A stretch of DNA of 64,000 nt. Origin: Mobula hypostoma (lineage: Eukaryota). The first letter of the stretch is position 1. Each line of letters opens with the position of its first letter. The notes beneath the pieces were generated by a model. The model saw nothing but the letters and a program-made list of their open reading frames with translations. It was not told the DNA's origin and did not search any database. The stretch covers positions 72,356,001 to 72,420,000 of the forward strand of contig NC_086097.1 in NCBI RefSeq assembly GCF_963921235.1. Reading direction: 5' to 3'. Both the position numbers and the translations under genes were made by a program. Below are positions 50,040-63,543 of this stretch, piece by piece.

Positions 50040-51555
50040 TTTTGTTAGTGGGTGAAGGCAAGAGGATCTCTTGCTGTTATGGGGATAGTAAGATGGGGCG
50101 AATGTCCAGGAAATAGAGTAGGTATGCGTGAGGACAGCTTCGGTGGTGGAGGAAGGGAAACCCTGCTTTTTGAAGAAGGAGAACATCTCTGATGTTCTGG
50201 AAAAAGAACCTCCTACCGTATCTCTTGTAAGGACACCACCCCTTTCTCTGTTTTTCCATCTCTGCTGCAACCTTTTCTTGAGATGAGTCCTATCACTCCA
50301 GGAGATATGAGATGTCCTCCTTATTCAGGAAAAGGTGCTGTCACTCTCCTATGGTTGATGGGAGCCCTCTGCCACATTTCCTTTATTTATGCACTTCTTC
50401 CCACACTCTGCTTCTCCCAGAAAGGACAGGGGTTAAATTTCCTTTTGCCCTAGCAGTTTATGCATCGAGCACATTATTCCCTGATATTCTTTGTCAGTCA
50501 TAACGTGATCACACCACCAGTCACATTTTCCCTTTCCCCAACACTTCTTCTGTTTTCTGAAGAGATCACTCTGTCCTTGACTCTCCAGTTTACACATCTA
50601 TCTCCCTAACAAGCAGCTATCAAAGTAGTGACGTCTGTTAATATCCCTCCTCCTTCACTCCCATCCAGAGATTTGAACAGCCTTTCCAGATGTGGCAAAG
50701 ATTCACACACACTTCCTCCCATGTTGTCTAAGCTCCTCTACATCAGTGAAATTGAACTCAGGCTAAGTGTCTCTTTTGGTGAGCCCAGTGGCCATCTGGA
50801 GCTCCTGGTTGTGAGCCATTTGTTATTCTCACAGGTTCCCACACAAAGCAGTTTGTCTTGAGTCTTCCCCACTGTCAGGGTGTATCTAAACACAAATAAG
50901 AACATGAGCATTCAGGTAACCCATTCACCATTTGTCCTTTCTCTCTCCTTCTGATCTCTCATACACACCCTTCATTCCAAACCACGTAGCATCATATCTC
51001 TCAGTTTGTTTCTCTTCCTTCGCCTACTCCATCTGCCAGCAGCTACACATTCCTCTCATCAGGGTCCCCCCCCCCCACCAGATCTCCCTTATTTGGTTTC
51101 TCTTTCATCATCATCATCATGTGTCATGCCCAGATTGAGCTTTGACTGCCATGGCCCACACACTCTTGTTTCGGGTCAAGTGGATCAGTTCATTGGTATT
51201 CATTTCCAGTTCTCTGGCTGCTATCTCCACCATCATTTGTATCTGTTGCATTCATCTATCACCTCCTTTGCCTCTATCACTATCTTTTCCCTGCCCCACC
51301 CCACCCCACCCCACCTCTCCTTGACTCCATCTGTCAATCATTTCCTCCTCATCTACATCTACCTATTGCTTGCCAGCTCTTGCTGCACTTTTACCTCTCA
51401 CCTCTTAGTTCTGGCTGTCTCCTCTCCATATTTCAGTCCTGATGAAGGGTTACAGTACAAGGTGTCAACTATTTCCCTCAACAGATGCCTTGCTGAGATC
51501 CTGCAGCTATGTGTTTTTTTTTTGTTCCAGATGCCAGTGCCTTCAGTCTCTTGAG
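50040..51555 (+). mobile_element. Old PLE 3' fragment with an inverted piece at its 5' side (~50040-50210)
   Basis: Minus-strand EMFSFFKKQGFPSST, then plus-strand EMSSLFRK and endonuclease remnants. Decayed hammerhead CAGTCCTGATGAAGGG at ~51434 and terminus at ~51550. Confidence 0.7.
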
Positions 51556-51689
51556 CCCGCACAGGATATTCTTTGTTTCTTTTTGTCTTCACACAATTTT
51601 TCTCATGAATCCTGGGGAATATCTGTAAATTACCAATCCCAGTCTGAATTCAGTCACTAGGATTCAGTCATTAGACGGCAGTCAACGAC

Positions 51690-52960
51690 AGTCTCAAGGC
51701 TTGCCTTTATTAGTTGAGGTACAGTTTTTCAAGAGTCAGGAAGTTATGTTGCAGCTTTATAAAGTTCTGATTAAGTCCCATCTACAATATTGCATTCATT
51801 TCTGGCTTCCCTATTACAAGATGGATGTGGAGAACTTGGAGAGGGTACAAAGGAGGTTTACCAGGATGCTGCACAGATAGGAGGACAAGAGCCATGAGGA
51901 GAGGGTGGACAAACTTGACTTGCTTTCTCTGGAGTAGCAGAGGGAAGGCCTGATAGAATTTTATAAAATGATCAGAGGCATTGATAGAATAGATTGCCAA
52001 TATTTTTTATCCTGGAGTCAAAATGTCTAATACTAGAGGGCATGCATTTAAGACAAGAGGGGTTAGACCATAAGACACAGGAGTGGAATTGGGCCATTCA
52101 GCCCATCGAGTCTGTTCCACCATTCCATCATGGCTGATCTCGGATCCCACTCAACCCCATACACCTGTCTTCTCGCCATATCCTTTGATGCCCTGACCAA
52201 TCAGGAAACGATCAACTTCCACCTTAAATATACTCACGGACTTGGCCTCCGCCACAGATCATTCCACAGATTCACTATTCCCTGGCTAAAATAAATTCCT
52301 CCTTACCTCTGTTCTAAAAGGTTGCCCCTCAATTTTGAGGCTGTGTCCTCTAGTTCTGTGTACCCCCACCATAGGAAACATCCTCTCCACATCCACCGTA
52401 TCTAGTCCTTTCAACATTTGGTCGGGTTCAATGAGAAACCGCTCCACCCCGCCCCCCCCCGCCACCTTCTAAATTCTAGTGAGTTCAAGCCCAAAGCTGC
52501 CAAACATTCCTATGTTAATCCCTTCATTCCCGGAATCATCCTCATGAACCTCCTCTGGACATTCTCCAATGACACCAATGACAACAAATCCTTTCTGAGA
52601 TATGGGACCCAAAACTATTCCCAATACTCCAAGTTTGGCCTGACTAGTGTCTTCTAAAGGCTCAGCATTATCTCCCTGCTTTTATATTCTATTCCCCTTG
52701 AAATAAATGCCAGCATTGCATTGGGTTAATTTCAAAGGAGATGTGAGGGGCAAGTTTTTTTACACTGAAAGTGGCGGGTGCCTGGAATGTGCTTCCTGTG
52801 GCGGTGGTAGATGCAGATATAATAGAGGTATTTGAGGCTTTCAGATAGTCCCATGAATGTGCAGAAATTGGATGGATATGGACCCTGTGATGGCAGAAGG
52901 AATTAGTGCAACTTGGCATCAATAGCTAAATCATTTTGGCAGAACATTGTGGGTTGATGG
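51690..52960 (+). mobile_element. CR1-type LINE 3' fragment with a nested minus-strand CR1 3' end (~52065-52720)
   Basis: Y.C.HFW.PYY..DVE.LERVQRRFTRML remnants. The nested piece begins AGACCATAAGACACAGGAG. Confidence 0.8.
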
Positions 52961-54721
52961 GCATGTTTTATGTTTGAATTTGCATATGCATGTGCATGGA
53001 AATCTCTCAGTTCTGTGTTGAATTGGCAGCATATTTATGGTTCCCACCAAAATTCAGACCTTTGTCTTTCATAACCAAACATACACTTTTTATTTTTTCC
53101 CCTTGGCTATGTGAATTATAAAATAGACTATTGATCCTGTAATGTTTAAACTTGTTCTGTATTCTTTTTGTGCATATTTTCAATAAATAAAGGAGTCCCT
53201 GTTTCATCCAATTAAAATTAACCTTTCTAGCACTGAGCATTTCTGTAATTGACTTGAATTTCCCCTTATCATATCTAGCTTGAATTTGATCACATTGGTT
53301 CGAATCTTTGTACCCACCTGCCACTGAATCCACTGGTAACCAAACTTCTTGTATTTGAGCCCATTTCCTAAGCTTCACTGGCTCTGACCTGAAAGGCAAG
53401 ACCCTGGGGAGTGCATTGTAAACTGACATACCAACTCACAGAAACTCTTGTCAGCTGACAAAGTCCCACTCCACAGCTGTTCCAGGGTTTGACTAATCCT
53501 AAATGTAAACATTCAAAAACAGTTTGAAGATTTAATATTCAAGTTTTTAAAATTGTTAGAAGTAGGTAATGAACAACAAGATAAAACACAGAAATTAAGA
53601 GTTAATCAGGTAAATTAAATTATCTTCAGTTATGCAAACTTTTTCCCCATTGTTATAAATCAGTACAGTACTCTATTCTTGTCTGATCTGGTACAGTTGC
53701 AATTAGCAGTTTTCTCAGTTTAACTGTGGGGAAACTTGGGAAGTTCACACTATGCCAAGAAAATCACTGGAGTAGTTTAACATTTAAAGATAATTGGGAT
53801 ATCTCTTCGAATCAGCTCTTTGAAAGTTTGGAACTAGCATATTTGCATGGCAGTTCCAGTATCCCACACTGGTACAGAGATGCAGAGCCTAAAAGGCTCC
53901 TATAATTCCTGCTCCATTAGATACATGCAAAGAATTGGATCTTACATGGCAGTTCCAATATTGTATCCTGTTACAGAGTTGCAGAAGCGCCAGCATTTCT
54001 ATAGAAAAGTTAGGCAATTTACCACACAGTCCCATTCTGTGATGTTGCTTATCAAATATTTTACATAATATTAAATTTGATTTGGACAGAGATCTTTTTA
54101 TTTCGGTCTGTACTGTCTGAGTAATGGGATAATCCAACAGGATGGATGCATTTGTTTAAGAATATCTTTGTTCCCCACCCCACCAAATTTACACTGAATG
54201 TGAGGTTGAAAACACAAAGTCCAAATAATGTTGTACTATTGTAGGAAGAGAAGAGAAGTTTACTTATGTTTATTAAAATCTGATGAATTTGTGGCATTTA
54301 ATACCTGTATTTTTAATATAAATATCATTTTGGTTGTGAGTTGTCATTTATGAAGTATGCCTTTCATTTTGAACTGTAAAATAGAACCAGCAAAACATAA
54401 TTTGGAGATTTATCATTTTGGTAGATCCTCTCTGAAATTATTTTACCTCCAGATTAAACCTTTGTTAGAGTTTGTTTACAGTACTGGTCATGTTCCAAAT
54501 GATTAGATTGCACCTGTTCTTGATGTGGTAAAATGTCTTTGCTTTTACTTCTATTGTTCCAAATCAAAACTTCCACAAGCAATCAAAAAAAATTCCAAAA
54601 CTTGGTGGTATACATTTAGACACCAGTGCTGAGCCAGGGCTTTCTAGACTCCCAGTGGGACTTGACTCAGTTCAGAATAGCTCAGTGCTCAAAAGGCAGC
54701 ACTCCTTAAAGGTAACACACA

Positions 54722-54900
54722 CTAACACACACAAAATGCTGGAGGAACTCAACAGGTCAGGAAGCATTTATGGAAATAAATAGATAGTAGTCATTTTTGG
54801 TTGAGACCTTTCTTCAGGACTGAGAAGAAAGAGGGAAGATACCAGAATAAAAATGCAAGGAGAGGAAAGGGGGCTGGCTGGAAGGTGATGGGTGAAGCTG
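54722..54900 (-). mobile_element. PLE 3'-terminal fragment
   Basis: ACACACAAAATGCTGGAGGAACTCAACAGGTCAGG...GAGACCTTTCTTCAGGACTGA. Confidence 0.7.
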
Positions 54901-57362
54901 TGGAAGCAGGTCTGGGTGATTACATGGTCAAAGAGTCAAAGGACAGCAGAGAAGGCAGAGGGGAAGCAGTGAGAGAAGGGTTTGCTGAACTCCTGTTGAA
55001 TAGAAGTTTTAAATTTCTTCAGGGTAGACAGATGGCATGAATTCCTGCTATGTCTGCCATGTAAAAACATTGCCTGCAGAGGAGAGGGAAACAGTTTCTA
55101 TATTCATTCAAAGCATCCTATAAATCCTGCTTAGTTAGGTTCATGTGAAGAAGGAGATTCTGTGTGCTGGGAGGCCACCATAGACAGGAGCAGAGAAGTA
55201 CCAGTAATACTCTCTTCCGAGAGCACCAGTTTCCTCACCAGGCAACAGTGCTGAATGAAATATCAAGGCCAATTCAAGAAAATCTGGGATTGGTTAACAG
55301 AAGAAAAATATATCTTATAGGGTTCCCTGAGTTCTTTAAAGAGATGCCACTCGATAGAAATAGAAATGTTTCAGCAAGCCGTTTGAGTATTTGGAGAAGA
55401 AATTCATTCATGCATCATAATTGGTGTAGGTGGATCTACACCAATAGAATGCAAGGGATATTTATCTAATCTGGGCATGACCACATGCTGTACAATGTTG
55501 GTGGTAACAATTGTAATGTGAAGAGATTCACTCAGTGCACACTGGGGACTATGCTTTTAGAAATCTCTTAGATTCTAAAGGGGTTCCCAATCTGATGTCC
55601 ACGGATCCCTCGTTTAATGGTAAGGGTCCATGGCATAATGCTTTTCTCTCTTATCACTCTCCCTATAGAATATGATGAAAAGCCTTTCTCTCCTCCAGTC
55701 AGCGGGCAGATGAATAAGGATGTCCTAGTAGTAGCCAGTTTCCATTCCCTTCTCTTCTTCCTGTTACTCTTTTGAGCTCTGCCTTGTGACCTTCAGATTC
55801 TGGGTATCCTTTAAATCCAACTTTATCACCTGCTGTTGCTTTTGATTGATAAGTTTGTGCACTTCTCACTACATGATGTTGTAGTCTCCACTTGATGAGA
55901 GCACTCCAGACAAGCCCAGTCAAGAGAGTCTCAGCTGTCAAAGACTTGGGCTGTTTCTGCTATTGTCCTGGTAACTTGGAGGCTATTATTTTATCTCCTG
56001 TCACCTGCTTAGACAGCATGATCTTGATCTTCATGGAGTGTAGTCCAGGCACAAGAATTTCACTGTAGCTCTTCCCGTGGAATGTCACTTATCTCTGACT
56101 TGACAAATGCATTGTTCAGTAGAAAGGTCTGAGAAGCTGTTGTGTTTCTGTAGATTAGAAGTAAATGCTGTGAAGTAATTAGAAGTAAATACCTCTTTGC
56201 CTTCTGATCTGAGGTTCTGGAGTCATCTTGAGTGGCTAGCCTTGCTCATTGCCTCTGGCAATGGAGTACAATGTTGTAATTACTATGGTACCAAGCAGAA
56301 TGAGTATCTCAGCAACTAAAACATAGAGGGAATAATCCCTGGGAATTTGAGCATGCTCTGTGCACTTGAGAAGTTTATCTAAGCTGATTAAGGTCAGTTC
56401 TGTAGCTTCCTGGTCATTTGCCCCACATCTATAGAGTGGTGCTTATAAACAGTAAGATAAAAAGCAAACTAGCAATGTCTTTCTGAGATTGTTCCATGGC
56501 AGTCATAGATGGAAGCTGAAAGCTCCACATTAAGTCAGTACATGTGGAAATAGGCTTTGTGTCAGCTGTATATCATCAGTTGCACACCTAGCACTAAGGA
56601 AAATGCACTAATATGGATAGCACTTGGATATTGTCATTGAGTTTCATATTGGCATAGTTTCCCCTGGAGAGGATTGCTAATGTGATCTACTCCAGGCAAA
56701 GCTGAATTTTCCGTGACTGACACCTAAAAAATCAAATGTTCCACAATATGATTTCTAGGCCTTAGCATTTAATGTTATCCAACATATCAAATAAGAATTC
56801 CAGCGCTATCAATCAAGCAGCTAATTTTTCCACCATCTATAAATTTTGAGATTAGTTTATGTGGTTTCCTCTTTTCCAGCATGCTTTTCTCTCAGATGGA
56901 TGATTCCCCTATGCTTGCACTCAACAGCATGGCCAAAGTCAAATACACAAAGTACAGGGAATTTTCAGCAAGAATTGATCTAATTTTATTGTATATACCA
57001 TAACACAGGCTACAATAATCTGATCTTAATACTGTAATGTAATGCAGCTGTAATTGAATATGGAAGTGCTGGTGTCCATGGTGTAAAATTTGATGTTTGA
57101 GACTCTTATTACGATATTTGTAATCATATTTTATTGCTGAAAATCTCATTTGATTAGCGGGTTATCTGGTAAGTTGCTTCTTGAACTAATCAGGAAACAT
57201 TCTTGCAAAACCAAATGATATGAACACTGTTGAATTGCCACTGGTATGTTTTCTCTGTGCTGTGTTTCTGCACCCCGCACCCCTTGTGATCCTCCTCCAG
57301 TCTTACTATTTTGTCCCCTTCCCCTACCCCCTCACACATTTTCATCCCTCTCTTCCTCCCAC

Positions 57363-57620
57363 CACACAAAATACCCAAAATGTAGGAGGACCTCAACAGT
57401 TTAGGTAGCACTTATAGAGGAAATAAGCAGTTGACATTTCAGCTTGGCTTCTGCTGATGAAGGGTCTTGGCCCAAAATGTTGAATGTTTATTTTGACCCA
57501 TAGAACAGCTGAGTTCCTACAGAATTCTGAGTATTTTGTGTATACCTGACCAGCTGAGTTTCTCCAGCAATTTCTGTATTTTGTGCGTGTTGTTCAAGAT
57601 TTCCGATATATGCTGTCCCT
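57363..57620 (+). mobile_element. Old PLE-terminus fold-back insertion
   Basis: A minus-orientation arm ends at CAGTTGACATTTCAGC, directly followed by plus-orientation CTGATGAAGGGTCTTGGCCCAAAATGTTGA. Confidence 0.65.
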
Positions 57621-57749
57621 CTTATGTTCATCTCCTTCCCATCCATCTACCACCTATGCATTCTAAGCACCGCCACCCCCCACCTCCACCACCCCTCCTG
57701 GTTCTGGTTCCATCTGCCCTTCACTTCTCTCTTAATGGTTCTCATTACT

Positions 57750-59570
57750 AAGGAGAAGGTGCTTAGCAACTTCAAAAATTCTTAAGGTCAGTTGGTCAAA
57801 CTGCAACTTGATATGGTGTGAGACGTCACCATTATCTCCAAACGCACCTGGTGGGCTCATAAGTCAAGTCAAGTCAATTCATCGCTCTCCTTGCAGTGCA
57901 TTGGATGGAATCCTCCAGCTGACTGACAAACTGCAGTGCATGGTGAAGCTGAACGATAACCTAGTCAACGGTGTGCACTACCTAACAGATCAGTCAGATC
58001 TGAATGTCCTTAGCATTAATTGAATGGGCAAACATGATATCTGGAGCATCCCTCTGGATGAGGTTTGAATGAAGATATTGGTTGTTCAAATAATGTTGGT
58101 TGACACTATCCCACCATCAGTCATGAGACCATAACAATAACAACTGTAACACCACTATGCAGCAGTGTTTCAAGAAGGTTTCAGTTGTTGCACCAAACTG
58201 CAACCAGAACTCCGTCTCTGTCCAGATGCAAAGCCAGTCTTCTGTCCCAAAAGATGGGTACCATTACCAGTTGTGAAACAAAAGCTAGATGTCCTGCAAC
58301 AAGCTGGTGTAGTAAAGCTGTTAGTTGCTCATGTTGGGCAGCCCTAGTAGTCATCATCAAGAAAGACAAAGGTACAGTAAGGATACTTGCAAACTTCTCA
58401 ACTGGTCTCAGTGCAGCTCTGGAGGCACACCAGAACCTAATACTGGTACCAGCAAATCTCTTCACAGAGTTGAATGGTGGTCACTACTTGGCTGAATCCT
58501 AACTCCAGATCGAAACATCAAAGAATTCACAGGAGCTTCACAACATTACATCACATGAAGGGTTGTTTTCCATCCTCTGTCTGCCTTTTGGGATAAAGGC
58601 AGCTCCTTCAACTTTCCATTAGCTTATGGGCACTATGCTCAGTGATATTGCCACTTACCTCAACAACATAATTGTGATGGGCTCGGATCAGGCAGAACTA
58701 TGCTGATGCCTGGACCTTGTTTTCAACAAACTACAAGACTTTGGATTGCAAACACAAAATACTTTGCAGATGCTGGGATCAAAGCAACACTCACAACACG
58801 CTGGAGGAACTTAGCAGGTCAGGCAGCATCCATGGAAATGATCAATCAACCCTTTGGGCTGGAATCCTTCGTCAGGACTGAAGAGGGAAAGGGCAGAGGC
58901 CCTATGGATTGCAACTTCAGGCAGAACAATGCAGGTTGCAGAACAATGTGCTGTAGGTTTTCTGTGTTTCTAATGCAGCTTCTTGATGCCTTCAATCAAG
59001 TATCTGGGATTCATCATAGATGAGCAGTCATCACCCAGATCCCAGAAACATGACTGCAATCTTAAAGGTGCTTCCACCATCAGATGTCTGCACTTTACAA
59101 TCATTTCTGGGCATGATCAGTCATTATTCAGCATTTCTTGCAGCAATGCATTAGCTGAGGGGGCCACTCAATGTCATGCTCAACAAGGGTATTATGTGGC
59201 GATGATCCAAGCAATGCAAAGTGTTTTTTGATCAGGTGAACAATATGCTATCATCCAACTTTCTTGTGACTTATTTCAACGCAGCATTACAAATTGTTGC
59301 ACGGATGCGTCCAACTATGGGGTAAGAATTGTCATATCCCATATCTTCCTGGATGGTTCCGAAAAACTGTCACGCATGCAGCCAGATCACTGACCCTAGT
59401 AGAAAGGATCTTTTGATAACGCAAGAAGGAAGCCCTTGGGAATCATCTTAGCTGTGAAGAAATTCCACAAGATGCCTATCGCAGACACTTCACTCTTCTT
59501 GCTGATCACAAGCTCCTGTTGTCCATCTTCGGGTCTAAGAAAGACAGTTAGCTCTCAATATTGTGGGCAA
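57750..59570 (+). mobile_element. Decayed Ty3/Gypsy LTR-retrotransposon pol remnant (RT-RNase H)
   Basis: DAKPVFCPKRWVP, WAALVVIIKKDKGTVRI.A.FSTGL, LPFGIK.AP..F, and RNase H TDASNYGV, KEALGI..AVKKFH, FTLLADHK. No LTRs recognised. Confidence 0.8.
58752..58901 (-). mobile_element. Short PLE-terminus insertion inside the Gypsy remnant (no inversion)
   Basis: TSD CT(T/A)TGGATTGCAA at 58739-58751 and 58902-58914. Contains CCTTCGTCAGGACTG (hammerhead core on the - strand). Confidence 0.8.
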
Positions 59571-59769
59571 CAATGATTTCAGCCTACAATTTTCCCTTCC
59601 CTTTATCCCACCTGGCTCTCTCTGCTTTTTATTGTCTTCCTCTGTCTTCCAATTCCACTGTTCCATCTCCTCTACCTAGCTCAAACTATCCATCATCTTT
59701 CACCCCTCTCTTGTTCGCCTCTGGCCCCTGACTCACAACTCCTCTCCGTAGCTTAGGATCATCATGATC

Positions 59770-60960
59770 CTGTCAACCTGTCTTTTCAATGTATCCGATG
59801 ACTTGGCCTCCGCAGCTGCTTGTGCCAATAAATTCCACAGATTCACCACCCTCTGGCTCCTGTCTCATAGCTCCTTTTCTACATACCATAAGACCATTTG
59901 ACATAGAAGCAGAATTAGGCCATTAGGCCCATCAAATCTGCTCCATCATTCCATCATTTGATTTTGACGCCTTCATTAATCAAGAATCTATCAATCTTTG
60001 CTTTAAGTATACCCAATGACATGCCTCCACGGCTATCTGAATTCCACACACTTCTCACCCTTTATGTAAAGCAATTCCTACTCATCCCTGTTCAAAAGGG
60101 ATGTCCTTGTATTCTGAGGATCTGCCCTCAGGTCCTAGGCTCCTTCACTATGGGAAACATCTACTCTATCTAGGACTTTTAATATTAGATCGGTCTCGAT
60201 GAGATCCCCCTCCCTTCTTCTAAACTCAAGTGAGTACAGACTCAGAGACAGTAAATGCTCCTCGTGCATTAACCCTTTCAATCCCAAGCTTATTCCAGCG
60301 ATCCATTCATGGACCTTCTCCTGCACATGCTTTCTTAGATAAGAGGCTCAAAACTGCTCACAATGCTCCAAGTGCAGTCTGACAAATGCCCTTTAAAGCC
60401 TCAGCATTATATTCTTGCTTTTTTATATTTTAGTCCTCTCGAAATTAATGTTAACATTGCATTTTCTTCCTTTGCACAGACTCAAGCTGAGTTAACTTTT
60501 AGGAAATCCTGCACAAGGACTCCCAAATCCTTTCGCACCTCTAATTTCTGAATTTTTTCCTCATTCAGAAAATAGACTATGCCTTTATTCCTTCTATCAA
60601 AGTGCATGACCGTACTCTTCCCTACACTATATTTCATCTGCTACTTCTTTGTCCTTTCTCCTAATGTGTCTATGTTCTTCTGCAGATTTCTTGCTTCCCA
60701 ACACAGACTCCTGCGGAAAACTAGCAATCACTGGCAGCCAACCTGAAAAGGCCACCTTTATTCCCACTCCTTGCCTCCTGCCAGTTACTCAATCTTTTAT
60801 CCATGGTAGTATCTTTCCTGTAATACAATGGGCTCTTATCTTGCTAAGCAGCCTCATGTGCAGCACCTTTTCAAAGGCCTTCTGAACATCCAACTCAACT
60901 ACATCCACTGACCCTCTTTTGTTTTTCCTGCCTATTATTTCCTCAAAGAATTCCAACAGA
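59770..60960 (-). mobile_element. CR1-type LINE fragments
   Basis: ACCATAAGACCAT tail. LLEFFEEI...LDVQKAFEKVLHMRLLSKIRAH. Confidence 0.8.
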
Positions 60961-61149
60961 ATGTTGGCTCTCTCCCCTCTCATCACAGATGCTGCTCAAC
61001 CTGTCGAGTTCCAGCAGTAGATTGTTTGCAACAGTTTAGTAGCCGTGTGCCTACAGTGAATATCAGATGCTTATTTGCAAGGGATGAGGCAAGCATTCAT
61101 GCTTTCACTGAGACACAACAGTTATCTTATGACTTTGCAAATGGAAATA

Positions 61150-62800
61150 CAACAGTACAGGTGCTGGAATTGGAAGCAACAAACAGAAAAAAATACTGGA
61201 GGAACTTGGCAGGTAAGCAGCATCTGCGGAGTCAAGGATATGATTAATATTTCAGGTCAAGACACTGCATCAGGACTGAGAGTGTAGAGGGAAAATAGCA
61301 ACATAAAGAGCTGATAGGGAGGGTTGAGATGAGCTGGTCGATGAAAGGTGGAAATAAATTGGAAAATATAATTGGTAGATAGAGTTAGGTGGGGAAATGA
61401 GGGGGTAGCTGGCAATGGAAGCTGGATAGTGATGTAGATCCAAGTAAGGGAGGGATAATGGGTAGATGGAACCAAGTGGGGAAGGCTATAAGAAGGTTAG
61501 GCCCAGGGAGAAGAAATGCAGGTTCATGGGGGTGGGGGGTTTTGATGTGTGTGATGGACAGATGAATCCAGATGGGGAAAGAGAACAAATCTAACTAAAA
61601 GGGGTAGGGAGAAAGGAAAAATAAAAATAGAAAGAAAAAACCAAAATAGATCAGTAAGAAAAGTAGGAAAGGAAAATGAGTTGTTGGGTTATCTGAAATT
61701 GGAAAATTCAGTGTTCAGGTGGAACCTGAGCTTGGTTTGGTTCTTTAGTTTGTGTTTGGCCTCATGAAGGCAGAGGACAGATAGGCCAGTGTGACAATAA
61801 GAAGGGAAGCTGAAATGACTCTCAGCTGGAAGCTCATGCTGGCTATTGGGGATTAAGCACAAATGCTCCACAAAATGGTGGTCAAGTCTATCCCTTGTCT
61901 CGCCACTGCAGCAAAGGGCCCATTGATTGCACCAAATGCTATACATGTTGACCTCTGCCCTATCTGTAAAAACTGTTTATGTACCTAGATGATGATGAGG
62001 GAATAGGTGCAGGGGAATGTGTTGCACCTTCTCCATTTGGAGGGGAAAGTGTCAGGGGATGTGGTGAGTGTGGGGATGCGAGTTAGGGACAAATGAATTA
62101 TGGAGTCTCAGAGAGAGTCATCCCTGTGGAAAGCAGAAAGGAGTTGGCGAGGAAGATGTGACTGGCGGTGGAGTTGTAGTACAGCCGGTGGAAATGGCAA
62201 AGGACGACATGATGAATACGGAGGCTAATGGGGTGAAAAGTGAAAATCAAAGGAACGCTCTGGTCTGGAGGGGAGGGGAGTGGTCACTGAGAGCAGACAA
62301 ATGAAGGAAATGTGAGAAAGGGCTTCTCCAACCACAGTCGAAGAGAAGCCACGTTTCCTGAAAGAGAATGACATTTGTGATGCCCTGGAATGGAGGGCCT
62401 CATCTCAAAAGAGGTGTGGTGGAAATGAAGAAACTGAGAGAAGTTGGTATCCTTACAGGAGGCAGGGTGAGAGGATATGTAGCTGAGGTAGCTGTGTGAA
62501 TCAGTCAGTTTATCATAGAAAGGAGGGGATAATCTTTTATAATATATATCGGTGAATAGTGTTGAAGTGAAGAGATGCAGAAAATGAAGAGACATGTCAG
62601 AAATGGTCCAATTAAATCTGAGGGCAGAATGGAAGTTGGTAGCAAAGGTGATAAAATAGATGAGCGCTATATGACTGCATGAAACAGCACCAATTCAGTT
62701 ATTGATGCAGTGGAGAAAGAGGTGTGTACTGGCGCCCAAGTTGCTTTGGAACAAGACAGTTTCAGATAGTGGAGAAAAAGACAAGCATAGCTGGAGCTCT
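61150..62800 (-). mobile_element. Old PLE 3' fragment (RT C-terminus, endonuclease, 3' UTR)
   Basis: TDSHSYLSYISSHPASCKD..FSQFL and GETRDRLDHHFVEHL...EFSNFR. Decayed hammerhead at ~61245-61278. Confidence 0.8.
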
Positions 62801-62875
62801 TGGAAGCACCAGTGTTGTACACCATGATTAGTAGATAGTGAGAGGAGTTGAGAGAAGAGTCAGTTTCTTTTTTTC

Positions 62876-63012
62876 GTCAGTGTCCTGACGAAGGGTCTCG
62901 GCCTGAAACGGCGACTGTATCTCTTCCTAGAGATGCTGCCTGGCCTGCTGCGTTCACCAGCAACTTTTTTGTGTGTTGCTTGAATTTCCAGCATCTGCAG
63001 TATTCCTCTTGT
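62876..63012 (+). mobile_element. 137-bp PLE-terminus insertion with a micro-inversion at the hammerhead core
   Basis: 12-bp TSD TTTCTTTTTTTC at 62864-62875 and 63013-63024. TTCGTCAG (62873-80) is the reverse complement of CTGACGAA (62885-92). The cleavage triplet is mutated to GGC. Confidence 0.88.
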
Positions 63013-63179
63013 TTTCTTTTTTTCCTCATCTGTTCCCACCTCATGCAATTCTTTATCACAAAACAGTCCTTTTCCCTACCTCGCTTCATCTACCCATTAT
63101 CTTCCATCTGAGTGTCTCCTCCTATCACTGGTTAACCCCTCCCTCTCTCCTCTTTGTACTGCCTATCTTTGCTTAAAAG

Positions 63180-63285
63180 TCTTGGTCCTGATGCAGAGTC
63201 CTGACCTGAAATGTTGACAATCCTTGGCAATCTCCACAGATGTGCTTGACCTAGTGAATTCCTCAAGCAGTTTATATTTTGCTCT
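63180..63285 (+). mobile_element. Old PLE 3'-terminal fragment
   Basis: GTCCTGATGCAGAGTCCTGACCTGAAATGTTGAC...CCACAGATGTGCTTGACCTAGTGAATTCCTCAAGCAG. Confidence 0.6.
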
Positions 63286-63543
63286 CCACATTCCAAACCC
63301 TGTGAAAATTAACTGCATTGATTAAATTTAGATATCTACTGAATGGGGTTTACATAAATTTAAATACTTCCGAGAAGGCACCCATTCTCCAAGGTAAGAC
63401 ATGTCCAATCCACATCTATAAATGGTGATGGAAGCTGAGGTGATACTACATTTTCTTTATATTTTAGCTCCGTCTCTTCTACCCTTTGTGAATTCAAGAC
63501 AAGGCTGCTTAATATTAATACCGTGTATCTTCCTCCCCTGACA

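Noticed and set aside
55690..56850. Possible minus-strand LTR-retrotransposon gag remnant (YRCG-like knuckle near 56430)
   Set aside because: It is too degenerate, with no complete CCHC motif or continuous frame.
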